Positions 61,633 to 64,000 of a DNA stretch of 64,000 nt are shown here, in pieces. The notes beneath the pieces are model-generated. The model was not told where the DNA came from. It was given only the letters and a program-made list of their open reading frames with translations, and did not search any database. The DNA lies in the NCBI GenBank assembly GCA_038087875.1, contig CM075989.1, positions 8,000,001 to 8,064,000 on the forward strand, in the 5' to 3' direction. The stretch is from Malacoraja senta. Its lineage: Eukaryota. Numbering within the stretch: position 1 is the stretch's first letter; each line of letters opens with the position of its first letter. The position numbers were made by a program, and so were the translations under genes.

Positions 61633-62334
61633 CTCCGTCTGGGCAACATTAAACTCTGTTGCAGTGGCCATATGTTGCTCGCGGATGCCACTCCACCGTG
61701 TCCGGTAGTCGGTGATGGCACCTTCCGGCTTCACGTACTTATCGTAGATGACGTTGTCCTGATAGCTGACGATGCTGCACCTGGCTAGCTCCCCCAGCCC
61801 CCCGTAAGGGCCGGTACCCACCATCTCACAGTCGATGGCCACGCACTTAGCGGCGCTGCAGCAGAAGCCCCCCAGCTTCGCACTGCGGGTAGCCACAGTG
61901 CCCGGCGGCCCGCCAAGACTCGCCTGAGCGAACGGGATCACCCCGCGTACCAGGGGGCCTCTCTTGCTGGGTTTGGTTTGCTCACTGGTGGACATGGTTT
62001 GCCAGGCACCAGACGAGGCGCAGCAATCACTATTCACGTTGGCACCACTCGGCAGCTCAGTGCCTTCCTGCCTCTGCGGGGGGGAGCTGCCACCCGGCCC
62101 GACCTTCTCCCTCACCCGACGTCGTTTCAGTAGCCCCCTTCTTTCCAGGAATGCCTTCCTTTCCAAAAATCGTTGGTACCGCCGGCAGAGTTTCTTCTTG
62201 CGCCTGACGTTTCGGCACTCCGGGCTCTGGTGGACGGACCTCGCTGTGCAGGAGATACCATGGAGCAGCCACCTGGAGGCCGAGTCTTCAGGCACTGACA
62301 CAGTGAGATTGTCTGCTTCAGGTACGCCCGGCAT
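61633..62334 (-). CDS. AEN: AEN (apoptosis-enhancing nuclease, ISG20L1) coding exon 1 (234 codons)
   Basis: Basic NLS/NoLS-like stretch [26 protein letters not shown] followed by [12 protein letters not shown]...ELARCSIV...[10 protein letters not shown]. In-frame TAA just upstream of the ATG. Acceptor tcgtctag| at 62384/62383; donor GAG|GTGAGT. Confidence 0.9.
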
Positions 62335-62426
62335 CCTTTACCCACACCACCCCCACTCATTGGTCTGGATACGGCTGTGGAACCTAGACGAAGAAAAGTC
62401 CTTTAATTCAAGAGTTTAGAGATATA

Positions 62427-62988
62427 CAGTGGCTTGCAAAAGTTTTCATACCCCTTGAACTTTTCCACATTTTGTCACGTTACAACCACAAACGTAAATT
62501 TATTTTATTGGGATTTTATGTGATAGACCAACACAAAGTGGTGCATAATTGTTGAAGTGGAAGGAAAATGATACATGGTTTTCAATTTTTTTTACAAATA
62601 AAAAACTGAAAATGTGGCGTGCAAAAGTATTCAGCTCCTGAGTCAATACTTTGTAGAACCACCTTTCGCTGCAATTACAGCTGCAAGTCTTTTGGGGTAT
62701 GTCTCTACCAGCTTTACACATCTAGAGACTGAAATTTTTGCCCATTCTTCTTTGCAAAATAGCTCAAGCTCAGTCAGATTGGATGGAGAGCATCTGTGAA
62801 CAACAATTTTCAAGTCTTGCCAGAGATTCTCAATTGGATTTAGGTCTGGACTTCGGGCCATTCTAACACATGAATATGCTTTGATCTAAACCATTCCATT
62901 GTAGCTCTGGCTATATGTTTAGGGTCGTTGTCCTGCTGGAAGGTGAACCTCCACCCCAGTCTCCAGTCTTTTGCAGACTCTAACAGGT
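62427..62988 (-). mobile_element. Tc1 (DD34E, IR/DR-type) transposon 3' part, cut by the assembly gap
   Basis: TA|CAGTGG terminus; direct repeats at 62430 and 62615; FQQDNDPKH...WP/(frameshift)SPDLNPIENLW...AKGGSTKY. Confidence 0.9.
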
Positions 62989-63188
62989 NNNNNNNNNNNN
63001 NNNNNNNNNNNNNNNNNNNNNNNNNNNNNNNNNNNNNNNNNNNNNNNNNNNNNNNNNNNNNNNNNNNNNNNNNNNNNNNNNNNNNNNNNNNNNNNNNNNN
63101 NNNNNNNNNNNNNNNNNNNNNNNNNNNNNNNNNNNNNNNNNNNNNNNNNNNNNNNNNNNNNNNNNNNNNNNNNNNNNNNNNNNNNNNN
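62989..63188. other. Assembly gap (200 N)
   Basis: Run of N. Confidence 1.
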
Positions 63189-63753
63189 ATACGTGTTCTC
63201 AGCTCCATAGTTTGCCGGCTTTTTCTCGACTTTTTGGAGCGCTCAGATTTCTTTTGTTAATACTTATAAACCTCAACGAGTGATGACTGCTTTGTGTGTG
63301 GGATTTGTTCTCAAGTTTGTTGGAACCACTAATACCTTGGTGAATTGTTACATCCTGCCTGGGCTTTTATAAAACTCTATATCACAAGATTATTCTGTTA
63401 CAATCGGGTGGGTTGAATTGAAGTCTGTGAAAACGATGAAAGCTTTCTTTTGCCTGGTCACGATTATTAAATGGGTAAGAAAGAACTGAAGAAGGGTCTC
63501 GACCCGAAAAGTCACCCATTCCTTCTCTCCAGAGATGCTGCCTGTCCCGCTGAGTTACTCCAGCATTTTACTTCTACCCTCACTATCGTTAAATCTTGTG
63601 CTGGTCAACTTGTAAGACAGGTTTGTTTCTAAAGCTTGTTTTCATTTGCAACCTGGAGCCACTCCACTGCCAGGACTACGACCATCACCATAGTAACTGT
63701 ATGGTGTCTTCAGCAGTAGAGGATGGGGCAGGGTGGGTATGGAAAGTGAGATG

Positions 63754-63768
63754 GAGGAGGAGGAGGAG

Positions 63769-63859
<91 letters not shown>

Positions 63860-63866
63860 CAGAGAG
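63754..63866 (+). repeat. (GAG)n/(GA)n microsatellite
   Basis: Seen directly. Confidence 0.95.
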
Positions 63867-64000
63867 TCACAAGTCAAGTCCAGTCACATTTATTTATATA
63901 GCACATTTAAAAAACAACTCTCGTTGGCCAAAGTGCTTTACATTTGTTATAAGAATAATATAAACAAACAAACTATATACATATATACATATAGCCCTCG

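Noticed and set aside
62840..63260. ORFs spanning the N run
   Set aside because: Artefacts of the assembly gap; only the Tc1 portion is real.

Overview
Repeat-dense vertebrate genomic DNA, very probably from an elasmobranch (shark/skate/ray): it carries many HE1/V-SINE-type SINEs and CR1 LINEs. Two spliced DEDDh exonuclease genes lie in tandem on the minus strand: AEN (3 coding exons, 62334->56882, 372 aa) upstream of ISG20 (3 coding exons, 16850->9981, 192 aa). This is the same order as the mammalian AEN-ISG20 pair. Between the genes are (i) a triplicated ~0.7-1.2 kb segment carrying a dense ISRE cluster, best preserved in the ISG20-proximal copy, (ii) a 5'-truncated HERO-type retrotransposon with a restriction-like endonuclease, (iii) a decayed L1/Tx1 interrupted by a Helitron, (iv) a Penelope-like (GIY-YIG) remnant, and (v) a three-level nest: a 7-bp-TSD DNA transposon containing a DIRS1 element, which contains a CR1 with an uninterrupted 1036-codon ORF. 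Dozens of short Penelope-derived repeats carry a minimal hammerhead-ribozyme motif; several are discrete 88-200 bp insertions with 14-16 bp TSDs. A 200-N gap (62989-63188) hides part of a Tc1 element. All family assignments come from motif recognition only; no database search was run.
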